IMG/VR virus record: IMGVR_UViG_3300025215_000002
Location: 1-38,492 of that record
From: a virus
Taxonomy: Duplodnaviria; Caudoviricetes
Length of the DNA stretch: 38,492 nt
Strand: one strand, 5' to 3'
Shown one piece after another: positions 1 through 7,213 of the stretch. Below the pieces are notes generated by a model. That model did no database searches and was not told the origin of the DNA. It worked only from the letters and a program-made list of their open reading frames with translations. Position 1 is the stretch's first letter. Every line of letters begins with the position of its first letter. The position numbers and the translations under genes are program-made.

Positions 1-127
1 AAGGTCGTACTCGGTAGTGACATCGATAAGTTTTGCGTTATCTGCCGCACCTGTCGCTGCAATAGTGGCGTCTGCAATAGCGTTAGCAGTTACTGTGCCG
101 CCTGATGCTGCGCCGAAGCCTGCCAGC
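1..127. repeat. Terminal direct repeat, identical to 38366..38492 (circular assembly overlap)
   Basis: Exact 127-nt identity of both ends; an ORF reads through the junction. Confidence 0.95.
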
Positions 128-240
128 ATATGTGTTGCAAGCACAGTAACGCCTGCCCGAATCTCTAGCGTTGCATCTGCGTATCGTGTAGCCAAGTCGG
201 TAGCTAATGCGTTTAATTCCGCTGCATTTGGTGTTGCCAT
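1..240 (-). CDS. 5' part of a 112-aa putative virion structural protein spanning the circular junction (MATPNAAELNALATDLATRY...)
   Basis: ATG at 240, open through base 1, continues 38365 down to TAG at 38267; Ala/Thr/Gly-rich; not in the ORF track. Confidence 0.8.
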   Translation of the reverse strand, partial: MATPNAAELNALATDLATRYADATLEIRAGVTVLATHMLAGFGAASGGTVTANAIADATIAATGAADNAKLIDVTTEYDL

Positions 241-244
241 TTTG

Positions 245-1483
245 TCACCCGTTAATGTTGTTTGATAGTATCGGCGCGTTTATATTGTTTGACAATACGC
301 GCTGGTTAATGTTCGTTTCTTCATCGACTATTATCGCAATTCCACCAACAATAGCAACTACGCTGACGCTAGGCGGTGAAACAGCGAAACTTACTGTTGA
401 TTCTGGTTGCGGCAATGTAGCGCTTGCTGATATTGATACAGTAGGCGCGTTAATCGTAAATGCAACGTTAGCGTTGAAGCTTGGCTGTGTCGCTGTCGCT
501 GATACTGAAACGTTAGGCGCTGACACGCTAAACGCAATATCTGAAACCGGATTAGGTAGCGTTGCGCTTGCTGACGCGCTAACGACTGGCGTAGATACGG
601 TGTAAATTACGTCGGCGCTTGGGTTTGGCAGTGTAGCGCTAGCATTGGATGATACGCTTGGGGCGCTAACACTGAATGATACTGTCGCGCTATACCCTGG
701 CAACGTAGCCGAAGCGTTAGCCGCAACACTTGGTGAATTAACGGTAAATGCAATATCTGATGCAGGTTGTGGCAGAGTAGCCGATGCACTTGACGATACA
801 CTAGGCGGTGATACAGAGAAGGCGATATCTGCTTGCTGCGCTGGTACGGTAGCACTTGCACTAGCTGATACTGATGGGCTATTCACCGTATACGCTACAT
901 CAGCCGTTATGCCTGTTGCATCACTATAAAACACCCATTGGCTGTCATCGGTTGGGAAGTTAACAAGTGTACCGTTATTGCTGCCTGCTGTGTCGGTGAG
1001 TATTGAACCTGTGCCGTTTGAAGTTGATGGGTCGTAAAAGCTTATAGCTTGGCCATTGACCTCAAACTCGATATTGTATAAATCACTGGCTACCGTTGCT
1101 GTAGAAAAGTTTGCGCCTAACACGCCAAAAGTAAAAGATTGGCTGCTGTTTTGTGCGGGGCCTTGCTGCTGCCCGTCATAATGCAGAGATAAGCTTCCTG
1201 CCACCCTGCGAAGTTCTATTTTTCTGTCGATAGACTGGTCGGTGGCTTGTGAAAATCCGACATTACCTCCCGTTCCTCCGTAAACAGTAATATCACCGTT
1301 GGCGAAATGTATTATCCTAGAGGATGAAGAGGCTACAGTATCACCACCTAAAACCCTGTGATTTCCACTAGATGTTGTCGGCCACCGCCACTTAATACTA
1401 AAGTCGTCTGTTGTACTAATGTTGATTGTTGACGCAAGAGTCACATAAGCATTAACACCGTAAAACCGCAGCAAATATGCCAT
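245..1483 (-). CDS. Putative virion fibre/appendage protein: N-terminal LamG/concanavalin-like domain plus ~8 x 24-aa Ser/Ala/Pro repeats
   Basis: LamG-like pattern (YLLRFYGVNAYVTL...DDFSI...GTGSILTDTAGSNNGTLVNF...W), then xxxADxAFxVSxPSVSxSASATLP repeats. Confidence 0.6.
   Translation of the reverse strand: MAYLLRFYGVNAYVTLASTINISTTDDFSIKWRWPTTSSGNHRVLGGDTVASSSSRIIHFANGDITVYGGTGGNVGFSQATDQSIDRKIELRRVAGSLSLHYDGQQQGPAQNSSQSFTFGVLGANFSTATVASDLYNIEFEVNGQAISFYDPSTSNGTGSILTDTAGSNNGTLVNFPTDDSQWVFYSDATGITADVAYTVNSPSVSASASATVPAQQADIAFSVSPPSVSSSASATLPQPASDIAFTVNSPSVAANASATLPGYSATVSFSVSAPSVSSNASATLPNPSADVIYTVSTPVVSASASATLPNPVSDIAFSVSAPNVSVSATATQPSFNANVAFTINAPTVSISASATLPQPESTVSFAVSPPSVSVVAIVGGIAIIVDEETNINQRVLSNNINAPILSNNING
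340..913 (-). repeat. Tandem ~72-bp (24-aa) degenerate repeats within the fibre gene
   Basis: Eight consecutive units, most ending SASATLP/SASATVP/SATATQP. Confidence 0.85.
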
Positions 1484-2067
1484 TACGCAATAACCCCGTA
1501 AGCGTCATCTACGTAAAAACTAGTATACCCACGCGGCACTTGTGCAAGATAATCACCTGACTTATCGACTAGCCCAAAACCTGTAACGCGCTGCTTCATG
1601 CCTTGAATATCCACAAACACTTGATGCCTATGCGCTTCTACGTCTTGTGTAGTCGTGATTTTCAGCCAACCGTTAACAGGCTTTACTTCTTTCTGTGTAA
1701 TCGGCAAAAACTTTGCGCGTTTAAAATCGTATTCGGTGGCGTTGGCGTGTGGGTATATCGTGAAGTTGGCGTAACTCAAGCAGTCATCAGCAAACGACTG
1801 ACTGACTGCGCCAATGCTTACCATGTGAGCAAGTAACTGCTGATTGCCTTGACCCACTGGATGGCTAGACATAACGTTAAACTCTTGAACGCCGCTTGAT
1901 ACTGCAAGCCAGAATCCCTTAGCGCCTTCATATGTTGCAGCCTGCAAGGATGTTATGCACTGGTTTTTAGTCAAGAAAACAACAATCATGTCGTGGCTAA
2001 TCATGCGCCCTTTCGTTGTGCTGTACTGTCGCGCTTCGGTGATAGTTGGGAAGTCTTTGAGATGCAT
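1483..2067 (-). CDS. Hypothetical protein (194 aa), first gene of the appendage module
   Basis: GAGG RBS, TAATG overlap with the next gene. Confidence 0.75.
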   Translation of the reverse strand: MHLKDFPTITEARQYSTTKGRMISHDMIVVFLTKNQCITSLQAATYEGAKGFWLAVSSGVQEFNVMSSHPVGQGNQQLLAHMVSIGAVSQSFADDCLSYANFTIYPHANATEYDFKRAKFLPITQKEVKPVNGWLKITTTQDVEAHRHQVFVDIQGMKQRVTGFGLVDKSGDYLAQVPRGYTSFYVDDAYGVIA

Positions 2068-2115
2068 GATTAATCCTCGTATGCTAACAACCCTAGTATA
2101 CGCTTTAAACAGGCG

Positions 2116-2142
2116 AAAAAAAAGCCCGTGAAGGACGGGCTT
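2116..2142 (-). terminator. Rho-independent terminator ending the early/nin transcript
   Basis: AAGCCCGT-CCTTC-ACGGGCTT hairpin followed by a T run on the minus strand. Confidence 0.85.
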
Positions 2143-2179
2143 AAAGGGAGATTGTGAAAGTTGTACTTGGAGGTACTAA

Positions 2180-2362
2180 TCAATCATTACATGGCACATA
2201 CTTTATGTCAAACGGGTATTTAGTGTTTAATACATCAATGTTGTGCGTTTGCTTCATGTGTTGCGCGAATGCGTTTATGGCTTCGTGCGTTGTCGTGGCA
2301 GATTTGAATACTTTGTAATACTTTCTGCCCTGGTACATGTATGCGAATTGAGGGGCTAGCAT
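2180..2362 (-). CDS. Hypothetical protein (60 aa)
   Basis: ORF track; overlaps the upstream small ORF. Confidence 0.6.
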   Translation of the reverse strand: MLAPQFAYMYQGRKYYKVFKSATTTHEAINAFAQHMKQTHNIDVLNTKYPFDIKYVPCND

Positions 2363-2487
2363 TTGCGTTTCCTAATCATCAACTTCAACAACTCAAAACC
2401 ACCGAACACAATGCCGCAACTTCCCACCGTTAAAAACACAAGCATTGATAAGTGATATAGCAATCCTGTTTGTATAAATCCGTACAT
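2356..2487 (-). CDS. Small membrane protein (43 aa, MYGFIQTGLLYHLSMLVFLTVG...)
   Basis: TGATG coupling and AAGGAG RBS in the linker repeat; hydrophobic segment. Confidence 0.6.
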   Translation of the reverse strand: MYGFIQTGLLYHLSMLVFLTVGSCGIVFGGFELLKLMIRKRKC

Positions 2488-2740
2488 CACTCTTGCTCCT
2501 TGCGTAGTTGTTCAGATTTCCATTGACGATACTCTTTACCAAATTCGTGAACATCCCTTACACCTAAGCTACTAATCAGTCTTTTGTATTGGCGTTCAAA
2601 GTAAATAAAAGAAAGCCAAACTGAAAAAGTTGCCATTAATATGGTTAGAGAAATAACCAGCCCGATACCAGCAATCCTAGATGCAGTTAGTAGCCAAAAT
2701 GTCTCGTCAATCATCACTCTTGCTCCTTGCGTAGTTGTTC
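2485..2740. repeat. 29-bp perfect direct repeats (2485..2513 and 2712..2740), with a degenerate third copy at about 3136..3164
   Basis: catcactcttgctccttgcgtagttgttc occurs twice; on the minus strand it carries the RBS and TGATG stop/start. Confidence 0.9.
2487..2717 (-). CDS. Membrane protein (~75 aa) ending EQLRKEQE
   Basis: N-terminal TM helix; flanked by 29-bp direct repeats. Confidence 0.75.
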   Translation of the reverse strand: MMIDETFWLLTASRIAGIGLVISLTILMATFSVWLSFIYFERQYKRLISSLGVRDVHEFGKEYRQWKSEQLRKEQE

Positions 2741-3139
2741 TACGTCAAACTTGATATCTTCTGAATAAACGACATCAGTATTGTGACCATGCGGGTACGC
2801 GATAGGTCGGCTATTTTCTCTTAAGGTGCCTTCAAGCGCCTCAATCTTCTTCTCTATGGCGAATTTGTTTAGTAGTGCTTTTGACTCCGTGTTGTCTATC
2901 TCAAATAGGCGCTCGATTGCCGCTCCCATATCCATTTCGGTTAACTCGCAACAGGCTTCCACGTTGGCAGCCAACTCTAAATTGACTTGCTCCAATTCCT
3001 TCACACGCTCATTAGCCTTTGTTAGTAACGCATCAGCAAAATCGTAGACGTAAGGGTTTAAATCTATTTCACCGCTTGGCTGCTCTTTCAGCTTGAAACC
3101 ATTGGATAATGCTAAATCTTTTATTTGCTTCTTATTCAC
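2714..3139 (-). CDS. Mosaic coiled-coil protein (141 aa)
   Basis: Shares LTKANERVKELE, KIEAL and EQLRKE blocks with 3132..3599. Confidence 0.8.
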   Translation of the reverse strand: MNKKQIKDLALSNGFKLKEQPSGEIDLNPYVYDFADALLTKANERVKELEQVNLELAANVEACCELTEMDMGAAIERLFEIDNTESKALLNKFAIEKKIEALEGTLRENSRPIAYPHGHNTDVVYSEDIKFDVEQLRKEQE

Positions 3140-3444
3140 TGTCTTTCTCCTTGCGTAGCTGCTCTATTTCTGAATCAATAATATCCGTGCTTAACCAAAC
3201 AGGCTGCTCCATCAACTTTTCTACGCTTGGAGATTGACTAATAATCCAATTTTTATGCATTAGGTCAACAGCTTTTGATTTTATCTTTTGAAGCGCCTCA
3301 ATCTTTGCTTGACTTAGGATTTTATTTCTATGGTTTTTGTTGTTCATTTCTAATTCAATGTTATCCGAAGAAATACCGACTTTATTACGAAGTTCAGTGT
3401 ATCTAGCCTCCAACTCCTTCACACGCTCATTAGCCTTTGTTAGT
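2990..3444. repeat. 37-bp repeat (2990..3026 and 3408..3444, 1 mismatch); also a 15-bp repeat (2834..2848 and 3291..3305)
   Basis: Direct sequence comparison. Confidence 0.9.
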
Positions 3445-3599
3445 TGTGTGCGTAGGGTTTCGATTTCAAAACCCATATTTAAAATAAGGTTGTCACCAGT
3501 TAAATCCCTCCATTCTTCACCGTGACGGAGTGCTTTATGCTCCTTGTCATTTAAAATGTAAGTGTATTTACCATCATCTAATTTTATTTCAATACTCAC
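3132..3599 (-). CDS. Mosaic coiled-coil protein (155 aa)
   Basis: GGAGATTGAA RBS, GTG start, blocks shared with its neighbour. Confidence 0.8.
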   Translation of the reverse strand: MSIEIKLDDGKYTYILNDKEHKALRHGEEWRDLTGDNLILNMGFEIETLRTQLTKANERVKELEARYTELRNKVGISSDNIELEMNNKNHRNKILSQAKIEALQKIKSKAVDLMHKNWIISQSPSVEKLMEQPVWLSTDIIDSEIEQLRKEKDSE

Positions 3600-3610
3600 T
3601 CTTCAATCTC

Positions 3611-3815
3611 CTAAAGTCTGTTTCTGATTCTTTCCAACTCGAATATCGCATCATCCAGTGCGCACTCAACATCCTCGCGGTTGTCATTTTGTTTTTTTAT
3701 CTTCGATTAGCATCATAAACTCATAAAGCGCATCACCAGATAACGCCACGCCTGAATTTATAATTTCCTTTGGCAGCATGTTTGGATAATCTTCTTTTTT
3801 ATCTATTACTCTCAC
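3611..3815 (-). pseudogene. 67-aa gene broken by one extra A in an A7 run (3692..3698)
   Basis: AAGGAG RBS + GTG at 3815; span is 205 nt (3n+1); removing one A restores ...EDKKQNDNREDVECALDDAIFELERIRNRL*, which ends at the next RBS. Confidence 0.55.
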
Positions 3816-3941
3816 AACTCTCTCCTTTGTTCGCTTTGGTGAATAGCTTGACGCTTACCCATCACACTCTTTGAATGTGAAGCGGCATTGATAGTAAACT
3901 ACAAACCATTCCCAAAACGCCCTATTGCTAGGGACGTTTAA

Positions 3942-3982
3942 ACCTTACACCCTAACCAGCCACTTAACAACTCTGACCAGTG
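3942..3982 (-). promoter_or_regulatory. Promoter with FadR-like box CACTGGTCAGAGTTGTT (3966..3982), 18 bp, then TAAGGT
   Basis: Architecture shared by six sites. Confidence 0.7.
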
Positions 3983-4203
3983 AAACTCCCACTCGTCAAC
4001 GGCATTAACGCAAACGCCCTGGAATACGCGCCACCCTGCTTGATTTTGTTGCGGCGTATCGTTTCGCTGATAATCGAATGCTTTCTAGCTGCTTTCGATA
4101 TGTCACGAGATGTTAACCCTAGGTGTTGAGCGGTCTTTTCGCTGCTCGTTAGATGCACGTTTTTGAACACTGCATCGTAGATTTTCTTACTTTGTTTATC
4201 CAT
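3964..4203 (-). CDS. Small basic, possibly HTH-containing protein (79 aa from ATG 4203)
   Basis: Start overlaps the end of the ninH-like gene; SSEKTAQHLGLTSRDISK is HTH-like. Confidence 0.6.
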   Translation of the reverse strand: MDKQSKKIYDAVFKNVHLTSSEKTAQHLGLTSRDISKAARKHSIISETIRRNKIKQGGAYSRAFALMPLTSGSFTGQSC

Positions 4204-4384
4204 TTCCGTATTGCTCGCTGATGTTTGCAAATAAATGATATTTCCCGTCACGCTCAACTACCATGTGCTCTTTCTTTAGCTTCATGTAGTTTGTGAGAGT
4301 GCCGCGCTGTATGCGTAACATGCGGGCAACCTTTGACTGGTTGCCGCGTGTCATTACTAAAAGGTCTGATATTGTTATCATCAC
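4196..4384 (-). CDS. ninH: NinH-like HTH DNA-binding protein
   Basis: TISDLLVMTRGNQSKVARMLRIQRGTL resembles the lambda NinH N-terminus (TIPDMLVEAYGNQTEVARRLKCSRGTV, recalled). Confidence 0.7.
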   Translation of the reverse strand: MMITISDLLVMTRGNQSKVARMLRIQRGTLTNYMKLKKEHMVVERDGKYHLFANISEQYGNG

Positions 4385-4626
4385 AAACCCGCCTCATGCT
4401 CTAGTTTTGTTCTGTATGCTTCGCGTAGTAGTAAATCAGCCACTTCTTTGAACTTATCATTGAAATCTACGCAGCTATTCCATGCGTGAATCTCTTCCAT
4501 CATTTTCATGGTAAAAGGCTCGTTGCTTAGCATTTTTCGATAAACATCCTCACAACTTACGTCCAACGCTTTACCGCCCTCGTTTAAAACCTCAACCGCC
4601 TCTTGCAACTCTTGTTCGTTTATCAT
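4381..4626 (-). CDS. Hypothetical protein (81 aa)
   Basis: Coupled overlaps on both sides. Confidence 0.7.
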   Translation of the reverse strand: MINEQELQEAVEVLNEGGKALDVSCEDVYRKMLSNEPFTMKMMEEIHAWNSCVDFNDKFKEVADLLLREAYRTKLEHEAGL

Positions 4627-4811
4627 TGTTCTTCTCCGTAGATTTCAAAACCGTAAGTGTTAGTGTTAACGTCAAGGCACTTGACATCAGCTGTAAACTC
4701 TTGTCTGTGCAGTTGCATGTTAACACTACCTTCAACTGCAACAGTGACCGGCAAATCTCCACGCTCTTCAATGGCGCGAGCTAGTCTGTATATCAATTCG
4801 CTTGCTTTCAC
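4623..4811 (-). CDS. Hypothetical phage protein (62 aa, MKASELIxxLxxxIxxxGDLPV type)
   Basis: GGAGATTGAA RBS; common phage N-terminal motif. Confidence 0.75.
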   Translation of the reverse strand: MKASELIYRLARAIEERGDLPVTVAVEGSVNMQLHRQEFTADVKCLDVNTNTYGFEIYGEEQ

Positions 4812-4839
4812 AATTCAATCTCCCATTTAAACTAAGAGC

Positions 4840-4879
4840 ACCTTAACGCGCCGGATGCGCTTAACAGATTAGACCAGTT
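4840..4879 (-). promoter_or_regulatory. Promoter with FadR-like box AACTGGTCTAATCTGTT (4863..4879), 17 bp, then TAAGGT
   Basis: 19-bp identity with the site at 15856..15874. Confidence 0.7.
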
Positions 4880-5336
4880 AGATTATGTCGTGCTCGGATA
4901 TAAATTCTTCTATCAAGTCAGAAACGAGACCAGCTTTTCTACCAAGACACCATTTCGGATACTCTCTTAATTTTGATACCGTCTCTTCACTCATCTTCGG
5001 CTTGATAGGTCTAAAAAAGTAATCATTAATGACACCTACTGTTTCACGGTTGCCGTTTCTCCCAGCGATTATGAACAATTCATCACCATAAGTCTTCACA
5101 GTTTCTTTATGAAAGTCTGGTTGCGCCCACTCTTTTGTCGCGTCCTTATGTTTAATTTCGCATTCAATACCGATAGGCGGAAGTCCTTCACCATTCCACT
5201 CCACCGCATCCGCAACGGTTTTTGTTTTTGGCGCAATATGTTTAAAGTATCTTTCGCAATCTTTTGCTTTCCCTATGTAACAAGCAAACTCCATAGCCGC
5301 CGCTTTCGAATTCTCATCCCAATTCACATCAATCAT
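4878..5336 (-). CDS. Hypothetical protein with a WNGEGLPPxGxECE motif
   Basis: ORF track; motif typical of phage accessory proteins. Confidence 0.75.
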   Translation of the reverse strand: MIDVNWDENSKAAAMEFACYIGKAKDCERYFKHIAPKTKTVADAVEWNGEGLPPIGIECEIKHKDATKEWAQPDFHKETVKTYGDELFIIAGRNGNRETVGVINDYFFRPIKPKMSEETVSKLREYPKWCLGRKAGLVSDLIEEFISEHDII

Positions 5337-5590
5337 TTGCTTTGCTCTCCAATTGTTTTCTTTGCGTGGTCAGCAAGCGCTATCGCCTGCAACCTAATGC
5401 TGTTATTAATCATCTCTAACTGGCGCGCGCTGCACTTGCCTTCAAGTTGACACCTCACTTTATGCAATGTGGCAGCCACTGTTAATGCCGATGAATAAAG
5501 AGACCTGTTAGTCTCCTTCAACCTCTCATTCTCCCTCTCCAACTCAATCCAATCCTGTGGCGTTGGCGCTGTTGCTTTGATTTCTTTCAT
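5333..5590 (-). CDS. Hypothetical coiled-coil protein (85 aa)
   Basis: ATGA overlaps. Confidence 0.7.
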   Translation of the reverse strand: MKEIKATAPTPQDWIELERENERLKETNRSLYSSALTVAATLHKVRCQLEGKCSARQLEMINNSIRLQAIALADHAKKTIGEQSK

Positions 5591-5769
5591 TTGCTCACCT
5601 TCTTAGCCGCCTTAATCGCATTAACAATCATATCGGCAACTTTACCCTTGTAGCGCCCCTTGCTGTAATTCTCACTCGCTACCATTGCAGCGTTTCGGGC
5701 TTGCGTTTGACTAACGCCCTCTTTCAGGCATCCGTTAAGAACTTGTTTGTATACAAAGTCAGAGGTCAT
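5587..5769 (-). CDS. Hypothetical protein (60 aa from ATG 5769)
   Basis: ATGA overlap with the upstream stop. Confidence 0.7.
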   Translation of the reverse strand: MTSDFVYKQVLNGCLKEGVSQTQARNAAMVASENYSKGRYKGKVADMIVNAIKAAKKVSK

Positions 5770-5990
5770 AACGATACCCATTTCATTTCGTTGTTGTAGA
5801 AGCCTCTCATACCGTTAAGCGTGAAAGGCAATGTACCACTAGTCATAAGGCACAGTATATGGCCATCAAGCGCACCACCGATACACAAGTGTTTAGCCTT
5901 CTTTCTGCTCATACGCTGCCTTGCGCGTTGGGTAACAATGTTTGGCGCTCGACTCAGGTTTGTTGGTTTTCTTCTAGTTACTTTTGCCAC
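5766..5990 (-). CDS. Basic hypothetical protein (74 aa; GGxxDG motif)
   Basis: GGAGATTGAG RBS, GTG start. Confidence 0.7.
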   Translation of the reverse strand: MAKVTRRKPTNLSRAPNIVTQRARQRMSRKKAKHLCIGGALDGHILCLMTSGTLPFTLNGMRGFYNNEMKWVSL

Positions 5991-5994
5991 TTTC

Positions 5995-6345
5995 TCAATC
6001 TCCTTTTGCTACAGAGTGAAACGTCCTAATTGCATCCTGTATATCACACGGTTGATCATGCAGAGATAGAGTAAATCCTGAATCATCTCTCTTTGCGGCA
6101 AAATCAAATAATACGTCGATGCATTCTGCTTGTATCTTATCAATAGCTTTTTTGTGATTTATGTTGCTTTCGTACAAAGCGCTTGCGCAATTTGCAAGTG
6201 CCTTTTCTAGCCTAGACACCTTCTCTCTCAAATCTCCTGCTTCCTCAAGGGCTTTCAAGCCTTTCTCTAGCGGGTTATTCATTATCAATCCTTCTAGGTC
6301 AGTGCCTTCAAAGTCTATATTTTTCATGTCGTCATTAAAGCTCAT
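5995..6345 (-). CDS. Hypothetical protein (116 aa)
   Basis: GAGGAGATTGAA RBS; TATAGT -10 at 6372..6377. Confidence 0.75.
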   Translation of the reverse strand: MSFNDDMKNIDFEGTDLEGLIMNNPLEKGLKALEEAGDLREKVSRLEKALANCASALYESNINHKKAIDKIQAECIDVLFDFAAKRDDSGFTLSLHDQPCDIQDAIRTFHSVAKGD

Positions 6346-6401
6346 TTCAATCTCCTCTTGTTTGTTGGTTAACTATACCTACACATCGATAAAAGCAAAT
6401 G

Positions 6402-6575
6402 TCACTGGTCGTTTTTAACCAACTTGCCCTTAGTGCGAATATAAACATTACCTTCACCGTCCACATGCGCGTCGTTATCTAGCCACCGTCTAAGCTGGTA
6501 CGGGTGAACATCGTAAGCCTTAGCAAATGATAGCTTGCTAGGGTATTCGGTTAGTAGGGTTTTTAGGGGGGTCAT
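6402..6575 (-). CDS. Small Cro/NinH-like HTH protein (57 aa, MTPLKTLLTEYPSKLSFAKAYDVHPYQLRRW...)
   Basis: TAATG coupling; HTH-like pattern; below the ORF-track cutoff. Confidence 0.6.
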   Translation of the reverse strand: MTPLKTLLTEYPSKLSFAKAYDVHPYQLRRWLDNDAHVDGEGNVYIRTKGKLVKNDQ

Positions 6576-6856
6576 TATTCGTCATCCCTTATCGCTATGA
6601 TTGCAGCCATTAACGCAGTTGACATATTGGCCGCGTTAATGCCGTTGTTGTCAGTGCCCCACTTAGAGGCTCTACGAAGAAAAGCTTTAGCCACAGAGTC
6701 GGCTACATGCTCAGTTTTTAGCTTATCGAAAACAGACTTAAATACTTCCTCAGCAACTGCCCTTTTGCCTGCATTGTTGTCGATTCTGAAATCATCACTA
6801 ACCTCAACCCATTTATTCGGGAATAGGCTTAGCGCTGCTTGTTTGTGATCTTCCAT
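6575..6856 (-). CDS. Hypothetical protein (93 aa)
   Basis: ORF track, operon continuity. Confidence 0.7.
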   Translation of the reverse strand: MEDHKQAALSLFPNKWVEVSDDFRIDNNAGKRAVAEEVFKSVFDKLKTEHVADSVAKAFLRRASKWGTDNNGINAANMSTALMAAIIAIRDDE

Positions 6857-6871
6857 AAGACAAAGCGAACC

Positions 6872-7012
6872 TTAACGGCTCGCCACCTCCTGTGCCATTG
6901 CCGCACACGCAAGCTTAAAAGCGATTTCTTGTGTATGCGAGTCTTTACCATCAGTGCCAGTAATTTTCATTGCAGCTTCAAGTGACTGTTTAGCTAGTGT
7001 ATCCATGTTCAT
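6872..7012 (-). CDS. Small early protein (46 aa from ATG 7012)
   Basis: GGAGATTGAA RBS downstream of a strong promoter. Confidence 0.65.
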   Translation of the reverse strand: MNMDTLAKQSLEAAMKITGTDGKDSHTQEIAFKLACAAMAQEVASR

Positions 7013-7057
7013 TTCAATCTCCGGTGTTTTTGTTCGTTGCCTCGTTGGTATGTGTAT

Positions 7058-7100
7058 AGAATAGTACTTCACGCTTTGTTGTCAACACTTTTTTGTTTTT
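7058..7100 (-). promoter_or_regulatory. Strong sigma70 early promoter TTGACA-16-TATTCT with an A-tract UP element
   Basis: -35 at 7080..7085, -10 at 7058..7063, AAAAACAAAAAA upstream. Confidence 0.75.
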
Positions 7101-7213
7101 AATTACCTAGTCAGAGTAGTTAATCGTAAAACCCAATCAATAACCGCATTATTCATAAATTTCTTTAATGGGTAAGCATATTTTGCATACAAAGTGAAGC
7201 AACTATTTGATTT

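Noticed and set aside
17-929. Plus-strand ORFs 17..265, 207..605, 645..929 and similar antisense ORFs throughout
   Set aside because: Shadows of well-supported genes on the opposite strand, with no RBS or operon context
2485-3444. CRISPR array or DGR template/variable repeats
   Set aside because: Repeats are coding, few and irregularly spaced; no cas or reverse transcriptase gene; no run of adenine-specific mismatches
6403-6419. Additional ACTGGT half-sites (6403, ~7222, 10088, 16458, 16554) and a degenerate box at 7105-7121
   Set aside because: They lack the second half of the box or the fixed 17-18 bp spacing to a -10; not counted among the six promoters, though weak binding is possible
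3599-7022. Recurrent GGAGATTGA motif (about 3603, 4815, 5995, 6347, 7014, also 16681)
   Set aside because: Always just upstream of a start codon; explained as a preferred RBS
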